Shown piece after piece: positions 32,303 through 40,341 of a stretch of DNA of 64,000 nucleotides (within the stretch, counting starts at the first letter, position 1; every line of letters starts with the position of its first letter). The DNA is from Endomicrobiaceae bacterium (lineage in GTDB: Bacteria; Elusimicrobiota; Endomicrobiia; Endomicrobiales; Endomicrobiaceae): positions 89,577 through 153,576 of the forward strand of contig JAVBLP010000004.1 in NCBI GenBank assembly GCA_031553505.1, in the 5' to 3' direction. The translations under genes were made by a program, and so were the position numbers. The notes below the pieces were generated by a model. It worked only from the letters and a program-made list of their open reading frames with translations, did not search any database and had not been told where the DNA came from.

Positions 32303-33430
32303 TTACTCTCCTTTTGTAATTTTTACGGAATCCATCGCTTTTTGTATAAGCGGATAAAACGACTGCATAAACGTTGAACTGTGGATAACCCATGCCGTAT
32401 TGCTGCCGTCCGGTATAACGATAATTTCGTCAAAGTTGCCGGCAATTTCCTCTTTACCGGTTTCCGTTTCCAGCTGTTTCATTCTGGGAGAGTCCGATAA
32501 ATTTTTATCTGTATATGTGCGTATGGCTTTTAAAGCGCTCATGCCTGATATTTCAATATTTCGGATTTCAAATGCTTTTGCTTTTTCTTCAGGTTCGTAA
32601 CGGGTTAAATCGTTAGTAAACCTCTGCATAACGCTTTCCGCGGAAACAGGTACGTCATAGGTTATATACTGTATTTGGTATTCAAAAGGAATGTATTTGT
32701 TTGCATAGATAATAATATCTGCAATATTGTTGGATGTATCTGTTTTCGCGGAATTTTCGGCGGCCGTGTCTCTTTTAGGCATAAAGGGGAGTTCCGCGGA
32801 AACGCCGATATCGTCAAAACGCCTTTCCGGCCATATTATTTTTGAGAAGTCCGCGCCTTGCTGCGCCTGCGCAAGCGTTTTAATGGAGCTTACGGTAAAG
32901 CCTACTTTAACAAGTACAAACTTATAAAGCGCAATAGAGCCTGCGGTAAAAATCAATCCTAAAACTATTATAACTGTCGCCGCGATTTTCGCGCCTTTTT
33001 CGGAAGCGGGCGAAGATTCGCTTTTCACGTTAACAACAAAAGTGTCTGCGGCAAAATCGTGAAGGTTTTGTTTGTTACCGGTAAAAGCGCAGGCAATAAA
33101 AGTTATGTTTAAAGGAAAAACGGCAAAAAAGCTTTTTATAAAAGCCCTCATGAACGCTTTGCCCGTGTTTATCCTGACGCCTTGAGCATCTGTAACTTTA
33201 AGCCCCATGAGCATTTTTCCGGGAGTCGCCTGATATTTTGAACTTTCGAACAAGGCGGAGTAGAAAAGAAAAATAATACACCCTAAAACCATGCTTGCGA
33301 TTATCATGTGCGAAATATTCGTAAATATTGACCACGGGACAAAATTCCCTAAAACGGATGTTGCGACTGATAAAACCATGCAATCGATAAAAAAAGCCAA
33401 AAAACGTTTTGCAAAACTTGCGAAGGACAT
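32303..33430 (-). CDS. RDD-domain membrane protein, paralogue 2
   Basis: FAKRFLAFFIDCMV, ESSKYQATPGKMLMGLKV, NLHDFAADTFV. C-terminal domain shares WPxRxFxDI...LPFxPKRD...IADIIIY...IQYIT with paralogue 3. Confidence 0.7.
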   Translation of the reverse strand: MSFASFAKRFLAFFIDCMVLSVATSVLGNFVPWSIFTNISHMIIASMVLGCIIFLFYSALFESSKYQATPGKMLMGLKVTDAQGVRINTGKAFMRAFIKSFFAVFPLNITFIACAFTGNKQNLHDFAADTFVVNVKSESSPASEKGAKIAATVIIVLGLIFTAGSIALYKFVLVKVGFTVSSIKTLAQAQQGADFSKIIWPERRFDDIGVSAELPFMPKRDTAAENSAKTDTSNNIADIIIYANKYIPFEYQIQYITYDVPVSAESVMQRFTNDLTRYEPEEKAKAFEIRNIEISGMSALKAIRTYTDKNLSDSPRMKQLETETGKEEIAGNFDEIIVIPDGSNTAWVIHSSTFMQSFYPLIQKAMDSVKITKGE

Positions 33431-33450
33431 TGAAATCTCCTTAATTTGTA

Positions 33451-33717
33451 TTAGTCTGCGATTATAATTGTTTCAGTTGTGCCGGGCTGTTGTTCAATAC
33501 TGGTTTTGCCGGGGTTTGAAAATTTTTCCGCCAGATACATTGAAAGTTTTGTCAAGAAGAATGCGTCATCATCTTTTGATTTTTTATTGCCGTTTTCCGC
33601 GAAAACTCCGGCGGAATTTGCCAAGGCAGGCTGGAATGCAAACGCGCAAACAAATATAAGCACGGCAAAAACCGCAATGGCGGCGTATAAATTGTTTTTT
33701 TGAGTTGAGCGGTTCAT
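33451..33717 (-). CDS. small signal-anchored protein inside the RDD operon
   Basis: 88 aa with one hydrophobic helix. ATG overlaps the upstream TGA (ATGA), suggesting translational coupling. Confidence 0.45.
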   Translation of the reverse strand: MNRSTQKNNLYAAIAVFAVLIFVCAFAFQPALANSAGVFAENGNKKSKDDDAFFLTKLSMYLAEKFSNPGKTSIEQQPGTTETIIIAD

Positions 33718-34835
33718 TCAATTTCCGTTTTTATAATTTCTACCGAGTACATCGCTTTTTCTATAAACGGCATCGCTGATTCTTTACCCGATGAGCCGTG
33801 GATGACCCAGAATTTGTCCGGCGCTTCCCGTATTACGGCAATTTTGTCAAAAATTCCATAGGTGTCTTGGTTCATCGTTTCGGCAAACCGCTGTACGCTT
33901 GCCAGTTTGCCGGGAAGTTCCGCGGGTTTTACCCTTACGGCAGCCAAAGAATCAAAGCCTGAATATTTTGCCGTTTCAACTGTAAACTCTTCCTGCGGCG
34001 CCTGCCTGCCGGTTGCGCCAATATGCGCCATGCCGTATTTTTCCATTATGTTCTGAAGAGATGTTTTAGAATTAAGCGTTATATATTGTATTTCAAAATT
34101 GAAAGGGGTAGTCATGTAGTTATAAATAATTATATCAGCAATATTTTCTGATTCATTTTTCAATGAGTTTTCTTTTTCCAAATCTCTTTTAGGGGTAAAG
34201 GGCAGATCAATTGTAACAAATATATCGGCAAAATTTCTTTTGGGCCATGTTAAAGAAGAAGCGTTTGTTTTGTTTTGCATCGCGGCTACGGTTTCGATAC
34301 TTTTAAACGTCATGCCTTCTTTAGCCGCGAATGAAAATATAAAAATTAAAAACGCTATGCAGCAAATGCCTGCGGTTATGATAACCGCCGTAATAATTTT
34401 TAAAGCCTTTTCATTGGCTGCCGCCGTTTCCGTTTTGTTTATAACATAGCTTCTTGCCGCGAAGTCATGAAGATTTTGCTTCTTTTTTGTGAAAATGCAG
34501 ATAAAAAACAGAAAAGGCAAAAACGTGGAAATATCTTTAATAACAGCCCTTGTAAGAGCACGCGGAAAATTTAATCTGCCGCCGTCCGCGGTTACGGCCT
34601 TTATCCCCATTACTATTTTTCCGGGAGTCGCCTGCCTTTGCGAGCTCTCAAATAATGCCGAATACAGTATAAAGATGATTATTGCCGCCGCCTGCGAAAA
34701 AACAACCGTAAACAGCATGCCTGAAGCGGTATCTTCCGAAGGCACAAAAGCCATTACGATTGAAACGCCGAAATACACAACGATGCAGTCTATGAAAAAA
34801 GCCAAAAAGCGTTTTGAAAAACTTGCATAACCCAT
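33714..34835 (-). CDS. RDD-domain membrane protein, paralogue 3
   Basis: FSKRFLAFFIDCIV, ESSQRQATPGKIVMGIKA, NLHDFAARSYV. C-terminal domain is paralogous to that of 32303..33430. Confidence 0.7.
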   Translation of the reverse strand: MGYASFSKRFLAFFIDCIVVYFGVSIVMAFVPSEDTASGMLFTVVFSQAAAIIIFILYSALFESSQRQATPGKIVMGIKAVTADGGRLNFPRALTRAVIKDISTFLPFLFFICIFTKKKQNLHDFAARSYVINKTETAAANEKALKIITAVIITAGICCIAFLIFIFSFAAKEGMTFKSIETVAAMQNKTNASSLTWPKRNFADIFVTIDLPFTPKRDLEKENSLKNESENIADIIIYNYMTTPFNFEIQYITLNSKTSLQNIMEKYGMAHIGATGRQAPQEEFTVETAKYSGFDSLAAVRVKPAELPGKLASVQRFAETMNQDTYGIFDKIAVIREAPDKFWVIHGSSGKESAMPFIEKAMYSVEIIKTEIE

Positions 34836-34960
34836 CAGGCGAGACTCCTTTAATAGCGGCAGTTTTGATTATAATATATTTCCTTTTTATTTAAAACACT
34901 TTTGTCTCTGCACCTTCTCCCTGACAAGGGAGAGGTACATTTGTTATGTTTTTCCAAATA

Positions 34961-34991
34961 GAAAAAACCGGACATTTTTTGCCCGGTTTTT
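34961..34991 (-). terminator. possible terminator after jag
   Basis: Imperfect 8-bp stem aaccggac/gcccggtt with a T-run on the minus strand. Confidence 0.35.
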
Positions 34992-35040
34992 GTAAAAAAA
35001 GTCAGAAGTTAGGAATATGTAGTCAGTGTGTGCAGTTTTG

Positions 35041-35136
35041 CGCCGCAAAAATCGCCGCATCAGAATGACAAAACTTACTTATTTTTAAGTCATTTTTTTG
35101 TATTTCAAACTATTACTTATTAATTATTACTTGCCT
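35041..35136 (+). repeat. short variant of the intergenic repeat (hairpin, GCCGC, H3, tail)
   Basis: ttttgcg-c-cgcaaaa (35046..35060), TCGCCGCATCAGAATGACAAA, H3 aatgac.../gtcatt (35074..35104), and the tail ACTATTACTTATTAATTATTACTTGCC. Confidence 0.5.
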
Positions 35137-35195
35137 TTGCCATGCTTCTATGCGTCTATGCATCCACACATCGCTATTTTCATTATTACTTGCCG

Positions 35196-35873
35196 TTAAG
35201 CTGTTTTTTTTCCGGAAAGCTTTATGCCGACTTTTCTTAATGAGCCTTCCCCTTCCGAAAAAGATTCTATTTTCGGGTTATCTTTCAAATACGTGTGCAC
35301 TATTTTTCTTTCTTTGGCGCTCATAGGGTCAAAACGGTAAATTTTACCCGTGCGGTTTACATATTCCACAGCTTTGTCCGCCATAATTTTTAAGCGTTCA
35401 CTTTGTTTTGTCCTGTAGTTTTCGCAATCGAGATTAAGCTTGATTTTTGTATTTAAATCGTTATTTACGATAATTTGAGTTATGTACTCAAGGGCGTCAA
35501 GCGTCTGGCCGCCTTTGCCTATTATAAAGCTGCTGTCGCCTGCGGCAATTTCCATGTTAATGCTGTCTTTAACAAAAGAAGATTTAAGAGATTTTAACGG
35601 TATACCCATTTTATCAATGATGTCTGAAAGGGTTTTTTCCGCTTTGGGGATAACTTTTTTGGGGTCCGCTTCAACCGTGACATTGTTTTTGCAGTCCGCG
35701 GCTGATGCGGATATAAGGACTGCCGCCGGTTTCGCGCCCATAAGCCCGAAAAGCCCCGTGGAGCCTTCATCAAGAATTTTAATTTCGGCTTTTTCCCTGC
35801 TGCAGCCGAGCTGTTCCAAACCTTTATTTATTGCTTCTTCAACTGTCTTGCCTTTTATTTCTATTTCCGGCAT
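35196..35873 (-). CDS. jag: Jag/KhpB RNA-binding protein (Jag_N, KH, R3H)
   Basis: Position downstream of yidC. KH-like GKGGQTLDALEYI. R3H-like C-terminus (ERKIVHTYL). Confidence 0.85.
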   Translation of the reverse strand: MPEIEIKGKTVEEAINKGLEQLGCSREKAEIKILDEGSTGLFGLMGAKPAAVLISASAADCKNNVTVEADPKKVIPKAEKTLSDIIDKMGIPLKSLKSSFVKDSINMEIAAGDSSFIIGKGGQTLDALEYITQIIVNNDLNTKIKLNLDCENYRTKQSERLKIMADKAVEYVNRTGKIYRFDPMSAKERKIVHTYLKDNPKIESFSEGEGSLRKVGIKLSGKKTA

Positions 35874-36017
35874 GTCTCTTCCTCTTTTATTTTTTATGGC
35901 GGTCTTAAAGTTTTTGCCGCGGCTTTGTTGCGCGCCCCGCTAAAAACTTTAAAACCTAAAGAACTATGCTAAACCTGGAACTTTAAATACTTGTTGCTTA
36001 TTAGTTATTACTTGCAG

Positions 36018-37598
36018 TTATGCGTGTTTCACTCTTGCGTTATCTTTCCTGATCACGAAGAACTGCAAAATCATCGATACTACGCTGTTTGTAAGCCAGT
36101 AAAGGACAAGCCCTGAAGGGAAAGTCCAGAACATAAACGTAAATATTACCGGTATTATGTACATTATTCTTCTTTGCGTCGGGTCTGAAGTCGCGGTTGT
36201 CATTTTCTGCTGTAAAAACATTCCGATACCCATTATTAAAGGAAGCAGATTAAGGTTAAAACCGCCAAGCTGCATAAACTGGTCAGCCGCGGATAGATCT
36301 TTTACCCATAAAATCCACGGTTCGCACCTTAATTCGTAAGCGTTGCGAAGCATCGTGAAAAACGCCCAGAAAATAGGCAGCTGCAAAAGCATGGGCAAAC
36401 AGCCGCCAAGCGGGTTTACTTTCTGTGATTTGTACACGTTTAACATTTCCGCGTTAAGCCTCTGCGGATTCTCTTTGAATTTATCCTGTATTTCTTTGAT
36501 CATGGGCTGTACGCGCTTCATAGCCGCCGCCGCCTTTAAACTTTTTAAAGTAAGCGGTATCATTAAAATCTGTATGCAGACCGTAAGCATTATGATTGCC
36601 CAGCCGTAATTGTGCGTTATTCCGTGGAAAAATGTGAGCACCGCGAACGCAATTTTACCTAAGAAGCCGAAAAAGCCGAAATCTACAGCTTTTTCAAGCC
36701 CGATTTTATATGTCATTAGATATGTGTAGCCTTTAGGACCAAGGTAAAAATTAATTGAATATTCCGCACTGTCATTTTCTTTGGGGGATAACGCTGTAAG
36801 AGTTAACGAATATGGATGCTTTTTATCAAGCCTGTGTGATTTTATTTGGTCAAAATCGATTGATTTTTCAGGTATAAACGCCGCGAGGAAATATCTGTTG
36901 TCAACAGCCGCCCATCTGAAAAGCGCAGCGGATTCCGTATCGTTTTTAAGTTTTCTGATTTTGCCGGGCTTTGCCGCCGTAAAAGCTATGGCTCTTGTGA
37001 CAGCCATGTTTTCTTTCAGTTCTTTTGTGTCCGTGCCAAGGCCGGGGCCCCATTCAAGTTCTACCTGCGGAAGTTTTGCGTCAGCCTTTGTTTTAGCAAG
37101 CGTTATCGTTACGTTGTGCATGTATGAATCCGGCGAAAGCGTATAAGTTTTTGTTATCTTCCAGCCTTCATGCGAGGTGTGTTCAAAAACGATTTTTTCA
37201 TTGGTTTTTGAAACAATTTTGTAATTAGAACCAGGGAAGTTTGCCATTACGGGCGCCGCCTGCGGAAGCACCAAATCTACCCACTGGCCGTTCTTTTCTT
37301 TTATTGACCAGCTTAAAACCGAGGCGCCCCTGTTTGAAAGGACAGCTTTATATTTATCGGTTTCGATATTAATCTTTTCTTCCTGCGTTTTTGCGTTCTT
37401 TTCAAGCTGCGAACCCTTTGAGTCTTCGCTTTTGAGCTCAGACTTGTTTTCGTAAGCGGCTGCGCTTTCAGACTTTACGGTTTCGGTCTTGGCGGATTGT
37501 TGTTGCTGCGGCTGCTGCGGAGGCGGAGCAAAGAAATAATACCAAACGAAGATAGCCAGCGCTGAAAATACTACAAACATTATCGTGTTTTTTTGCAT
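36018..37598 (-). CDS. yidC: membrane protein insertase YidC (long, diderm-type periplasmic domain)
   Basis: 526 aa. N-terminal TM, P/Q-rich linker, large periplasmic domain. Conserved core GCLPMLLQLPIFWAF, LYWLTNS. Confidence 0.95.
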   Translation of the reverse strand: MQKNTIMFVVFSALAIFVWYYFFAPPPQQPQQQQSAKTETVKSESAAAYENKSELKSEDSKGSQLEKNAKTQEEKINIETDKYKAVLSNRGASVLSWSIKEKNGQWVDLVLPQAAPVMANFPGSNYKIVSKTNEKIVFEHTSHEGWKITKTYTLSPDSYMHNVTITLAKTKADAKLPQVELEWGPGLGTDTKELKENMAVTRAIAFTAAKPGKIRKLKNDTESAALFRWAAVDNRYFLAAFIPEKSIDFDQIKSHRLDKKHPYSLTLTALSPKENDSAEYSINFYLGPKGYTYLMTYKIGLEKAVDFGFFGFLGKIAFAVLTFFHGITHNYGWAIIMLTVCIQILMIPLTLKSLKAAAAMKRVQPMIKEIQDKFKENPQRLNAEMLNVYKSQKVNPLGGCLPMLLQLPIFWAFFTMLRNAYELRCEPWILWVKDLSAADQFMQLGGFNLNLLPLIMGIGMFLQQKMTTATSDPTQRRIMYIIPVIFTFMFWTFPSGLVLYWLTNSVVSMILQFFVIRKDNARVKHA

Positions 37599-37654
37599 TT
37601 TACTTCCTTTCTAAACGGCAATTAATAAATAACAATTAAAAAACATTCAAAAGC

Positions 37655-37924
37655 CTATTGATTCTTCTTGTCATTGTCTTTAATTATTAATCGTCCATTG
37701 TTAATTGTTAACTGTCTTTTTGGTACCGGGTCTATGCCGCCTTTACAAAAAGGGTGGCAGCGTATGATTCTTTTAAAAGCCATAAAAGAACCTTTGAAAA
37801 ATCCGTAAATTTCTATTGCCTGATAAGCGTAAGAAGAACAGCTTGGCTGGAAACGGCATCTGGGAGGTAAAACTGAAGATACTGCCTGGTAACATTTAAT
37901 TAAAAATAGTGCGGCACGCTTCAT
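37655..37924 (-). CDS. yidD: membrane protein insertion efficiency factor
   Basis: CRFQPSCSSYA...HPFCKGGIDPVP motif. Start overlaps the rnpA stop by 4 nt. Ends with TAG. Confidence 0.85.
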   Translation of the reverse strand: MKRAALFLIKCYQAVSSVLPPRCRFQPSCSSYAYQAIEIYGFFKGSFMAFKRIIRCHPFCKGGIDPVPKRQLTINNGRLIIKDNDKKNQ

Positions 37925-38310
37925 TTTGTGCTCTTATATAAACCGGCGCCTGCAAGCATTGTTAAAATCGTCTTTTCAAGCGCTTTATAATCCAGTGTTG
38001 CTGTTTCCGGTTTGGAAATAAAAATTAAATCCAATCCTGCTTCCATAGAACGCTTATTTGTCCTGAAAATTTCCCTGAGCCTTCTTTTTGTCCTGTTTCT
38101 TACGGGGGCTGATCCTACTTTACGGGAAGTTACGAGCCCGAGCCTTCTTAAATGTCCCCCGTTGTTTTTGTAAGCCAGAATCTTTAAAGCCTTATTTTCA
38201 AGCCTGCGCCCTTTTTTAAACACCAAATTGAAGTCTTTCTGGAGGTGAAGCCGTTCGCGGTAAGAAAAAGAAAAACTTTTATGGGAGGCGCCCTTCTCTT
38301 TGTTGAGCAT
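37921..38310 (-). CDS. rnpA: RNase P protein component
   Basis: RNR motif region GLVTSRKVGSAPVRNRTKRRLRE. Downstream of rpmH. Confidence 0.9.
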   Translation of the reverse strand: MLNKEKGASHKSFSFSYRERLHLQKDFNLVFKKGRRLENKALKILAYKNNGGHLRRLGLVTSRKVGSAPVRNRTKRRLREIFRTNKRSMEAGLDLIFISKPETATLDYKALEKTILTMLAGAGLYKSTK

Positions 38311-38316
38311 GTTTGC

Positions 38317-38451
38317 TTATGCGCTGATTGTCTTGCGACCTTTTCTTCTGCGGGCGCTTAATACTCTTCTGCCGCCCGGAGTAGCCATTCTGGCCATAAA
38401 ACCTATTTTTTTCTTTCTTCTGTCTTTGTTTGGCTGATACGTTCTTTTCAT
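38317..38451 (-). CDS. rpmH: 50S ribosomal protein L34
   Basis: [47 protein letters not shown] at 38451. The longer tracked ORF is an upstream extension. Confidence 0.95.
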   Translation of the reverse strand: MKRTYQPNKDRRKKKIGFMARMATPGGRRVLSARRRKGRKTISA

Positions 38452-38490
38452 TGTTAATTCCTCGGTTATTTTGAAGGGGTAAACCCCTTT

Positions 38491-38519
38491 TTGAATATTT
38501 AAAAATACTTTGGTATTAT
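38491..38519 (+). promoter_or_regulatory. candidate promoter of the outer-membrane protein gene (TTGAAT-17-TATTAT)
   Basis: Hexamers at 38491..38496 and 38514..38519. The -10 overlaps the -10 of the divergent rpmH promoter. Confidence 0.4.
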
Positions 38520-38543
38520 ATCTAAAAATCAAATTAAGGTCAA
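38515..38543 (-). promoter_or_regulatory. candidate rpmH operon promoter (TTGACC-17-TATAAT)
   Basis: Minus-strand TTGACC at 38543..38538 and TATAAT at 38520..38515. The 5' UTR contains the hairpin aagggg-taaa-cccctt (38473..38488). Confidence 0.5.
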
Positions 38544-38553
38544 TGAGGTTTTC

Positions 38554-39843
38554 ATGAAAAAGCTGTTAGCTGTTTTAGCATTTCTTTTGGTTGCGGGTAC
38601 CCAGCTGCAAGCCGCCCCAATGTTTACTTTTGACGCGCTTGCAAGGACAAGGTACGAGTATCATCTTAATACCTATGATTTAGGCTTAACAAACACCGAT
38701 GAAAAAAGTTTTTTCCGCTTTAAGTTTTCCGGAGGCGTGCTTGCCGATTTTGAAAGTTTTGCGAGTTTATATTTGAGAATGTCCAATGAAAGCCGTTCAT
38801 ATATATATAACGGGGCGGGTAGTTCGGAATATAATATCAATGAGTTTATTGTGGATAACTTGGTGTTATCCATGCCGAAAGTGTTTGGCGTTTTTGACGT
38901 TAAGGTGGGAAGGATGGATTTGAATCCGCTGGAATACGGCGAAGGCTTTTTGATCGCGGACGGTACCCCTCTTGACGGCTCAAGGACTTTCTACTTCAAC
39001 GCCGCGAAAGTAAAATACAACGGTCCTAAAGGCAGCGTTGAACTTATCGGCATATATAACAGAAGTGTTGATGACATAATGCCCATAATAAACCCGAATA
39101 CCCCGGATACCCCGCTAAATGACAGCAATGAAAGCGCTTTGATAGTGTATGGTAAAACGGCTACGTCTTCCAAAATTTACTGGGAACCGTACTATATGTT
39201 TAAAAATGAAGAAGCAAATCCTCAGGCGGGGCGCATTGAAAAATCAATTAATACTTTCGGTTCATATGTAAAGTGCGATTTGGATAAAGTTATATTCAGG
39301 GGGCAGCTCGCGGCGCAGCTTTCAAATTATTTAAGCTCAGTAAGCGCGGGTTTCGGCGGATACGTTTTTGCCGATATCCCCGTAAGCATTTTACAGCCTT
39401 TTTCGCTTGGTTACATATACCTTTCGGGCGATAATACAAACACGACCGGCGCGGAAGGGTGGGACCCTCTCTTTTCCCGCAGCCCGTGGATGTCGGAAGT
39501 AGTTTTTTATTTGTACAGATATGAGTCGGGAATAGGATACTGGACAAACCTTCAGATGTATAAGGCGGATTTAAATATTCCCGTTACGCCGCGCATAAAA
39601 CTGTTTTTATCCTGCGGGATGCTTTTTGCGAATAACGAAATCGACAAAAATACAACGGTAATCCCCGGGCTTTTTGGAGACGGAAAAACCAGGGGCGGCA
39701 TTGCGATAGCAAAACTCTCATACAATATTTCCAAGAATTTTAGCGCCTTCGCGCTCGGAGAATATTTTAAACCCGGCGATTTTTATTACGATAAAGCGGA
39801 TGACTCTATTTTTGTGAGGTTAGAGTTTAACGCGAAAATTTAA
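38554..39843 (+). CDS. outer-membrane beta-barrel protein (alginate-export/porin-like; family tentative)
   Basis: Signal peptide ...GTQLQA|AP. Alternating amphipathic strand pattern and aromatic-rich C-terminal strand. Followed by a canonical terminator. Confidence 0.55.
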   Translation: MKKLLAVLAFLLVAGTQLQAAPMFTFDALARTRYEYHLNTYDLGLTNTDEKSFFRFKFSGGVLADFESFASLYLRMSNESRSYIYNGAGSSEYNINEFIVDNLVLSMPKVFGVFDVKVGRMDLNPLEYGEGFLIADGTPLDGSRTFYFNAAKVKYNGPKGSVELIGIYNRSVDDIMPIINPNTPDTPLNDSNESALIVYGKTATSSKIYWEPYYMFKNEEANPQAGRIEKSINTFGSYVKCDLDKVIFRGQLAAQLSNYLSSVSAGFGGYVFADIPVSILQPFSLGYIYLSGDNTNTTGAEGWDPLFSRSPWMSEVVFYLYRYESGIGYWTNLQMYKADLNIPVTPRIKLFLSCGMLFANNEIDKNTTVIPGLFGDGKTRGGIAIAKLSYNISKNFSAFALGEYFKPGDFYYDKADDSIFVRLEFNAKI

Positions 39844-39865
39844 AAATAAATATTTCAGACTATAC

Positions 39866-39895
39866 GCCGGGGCATATGCTGCCCCGGCTTTTTTT
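39866..39895 (+). terminator. rho-independent terminator after the outer-membrane protein gene
   Basis: 9-bp GC-rich stem gccggggca/tgccccggc, loop tatgc, then TTTTTTT. Confidence 0.8.
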
Positions 39896-39954
39896 ACGGG
39901 TGTTTCACACCCGCAGTCTGTGCGGACTTACTATCCAAACCCGTGTACTTTTAA

Positions 39955-40045
39955 ACAAAGGGTGCTGCGCACTCTGAAACCCGCATTACTTTTTGCACGA
40001 GCCCAAAAAGTAACCAAAAAGCTCTGCCGCAGAATGACAAATATA
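39955..40045 (+). repeat. partial copy of the intergenic repeat (H1-like, H2, linker)
   Basis: aaagggtgctgcgcac..., H2 attactttttgcacgagcccaaaaagtaac (39985..40014), CCAAAAAGCTCTGCCGCAGAATGACAAA. Confidence 0.55.
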
Positions 40046-40341
40046 AAGTTTTTGCCGTTAATGCCACCTTAGAGCGCGTGTTTATGAACAAAAAATTTTT
40101 AAATATCCAATTAGGGCTGTTTGAACGGTACCCCTAAATGTCTTTATTTGCCGCAAGTTCCACAAATTGTTCAAAAAAGCCTTTAATGCGCTCAGCGCAG
40201 ATTTTTTTGTCCTTTTACACCCTTTGTACAAAAGTACTGAAGTATAAGGCAAAGCCTTGCAGTTGGTTACTTTCCAAAAGTAAAGAAATTTATCATCACA
40301 AATGTTGCGAAAAATCAACAAAAAAGTTAAAATCTATTATT

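Noticed and set aside
34911-34935. Hairpin tctccc-tgacaa-gggaga in the 5' region of the RDD operon as a riboswitch or attenuator
   Set aside because: It has only a 6-bp stem, no flanking conserved structure and no T-run. That is insufficient evidence for a regulatory RNA.
37480-37530. Pro/Gln run (PPPQQPQQQQ) near the YidC N-terminus as a repeat expansion or slippage site
   Set aside because: It is a short low-complexity linker between the first TM helix and the periplasmic domain. Such linkers are common in YidC and there is no evidence of instability.
38452-38553. The rpmH / OM-protein spacer itself as oriC
   Set aside because: It is only 102 bp, is fully occupied by two overlapping divergent promoters and a UTR hairpin, and has no DnaA box or obvious AT-rich unwinding element. 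The strand switch is reported as a finding, but the spacer is not called an origin.
40138-40341. N-terminal extensions of tracked ORFs: 40138 (iorA), 938 (lipoprotein), 44397 (paaK), 47276 (membrane paralogue B), 38532 (rpmH), 42098 (iorB), 57554 (giant gene), 4204 (bioF), 2945
   Set aside because: The extensions run through repeat elements or spacers and lack family similarity. Internal ATGs give canonical N-termini, and most (not iorA) have Shine-Dalgarno sequences.
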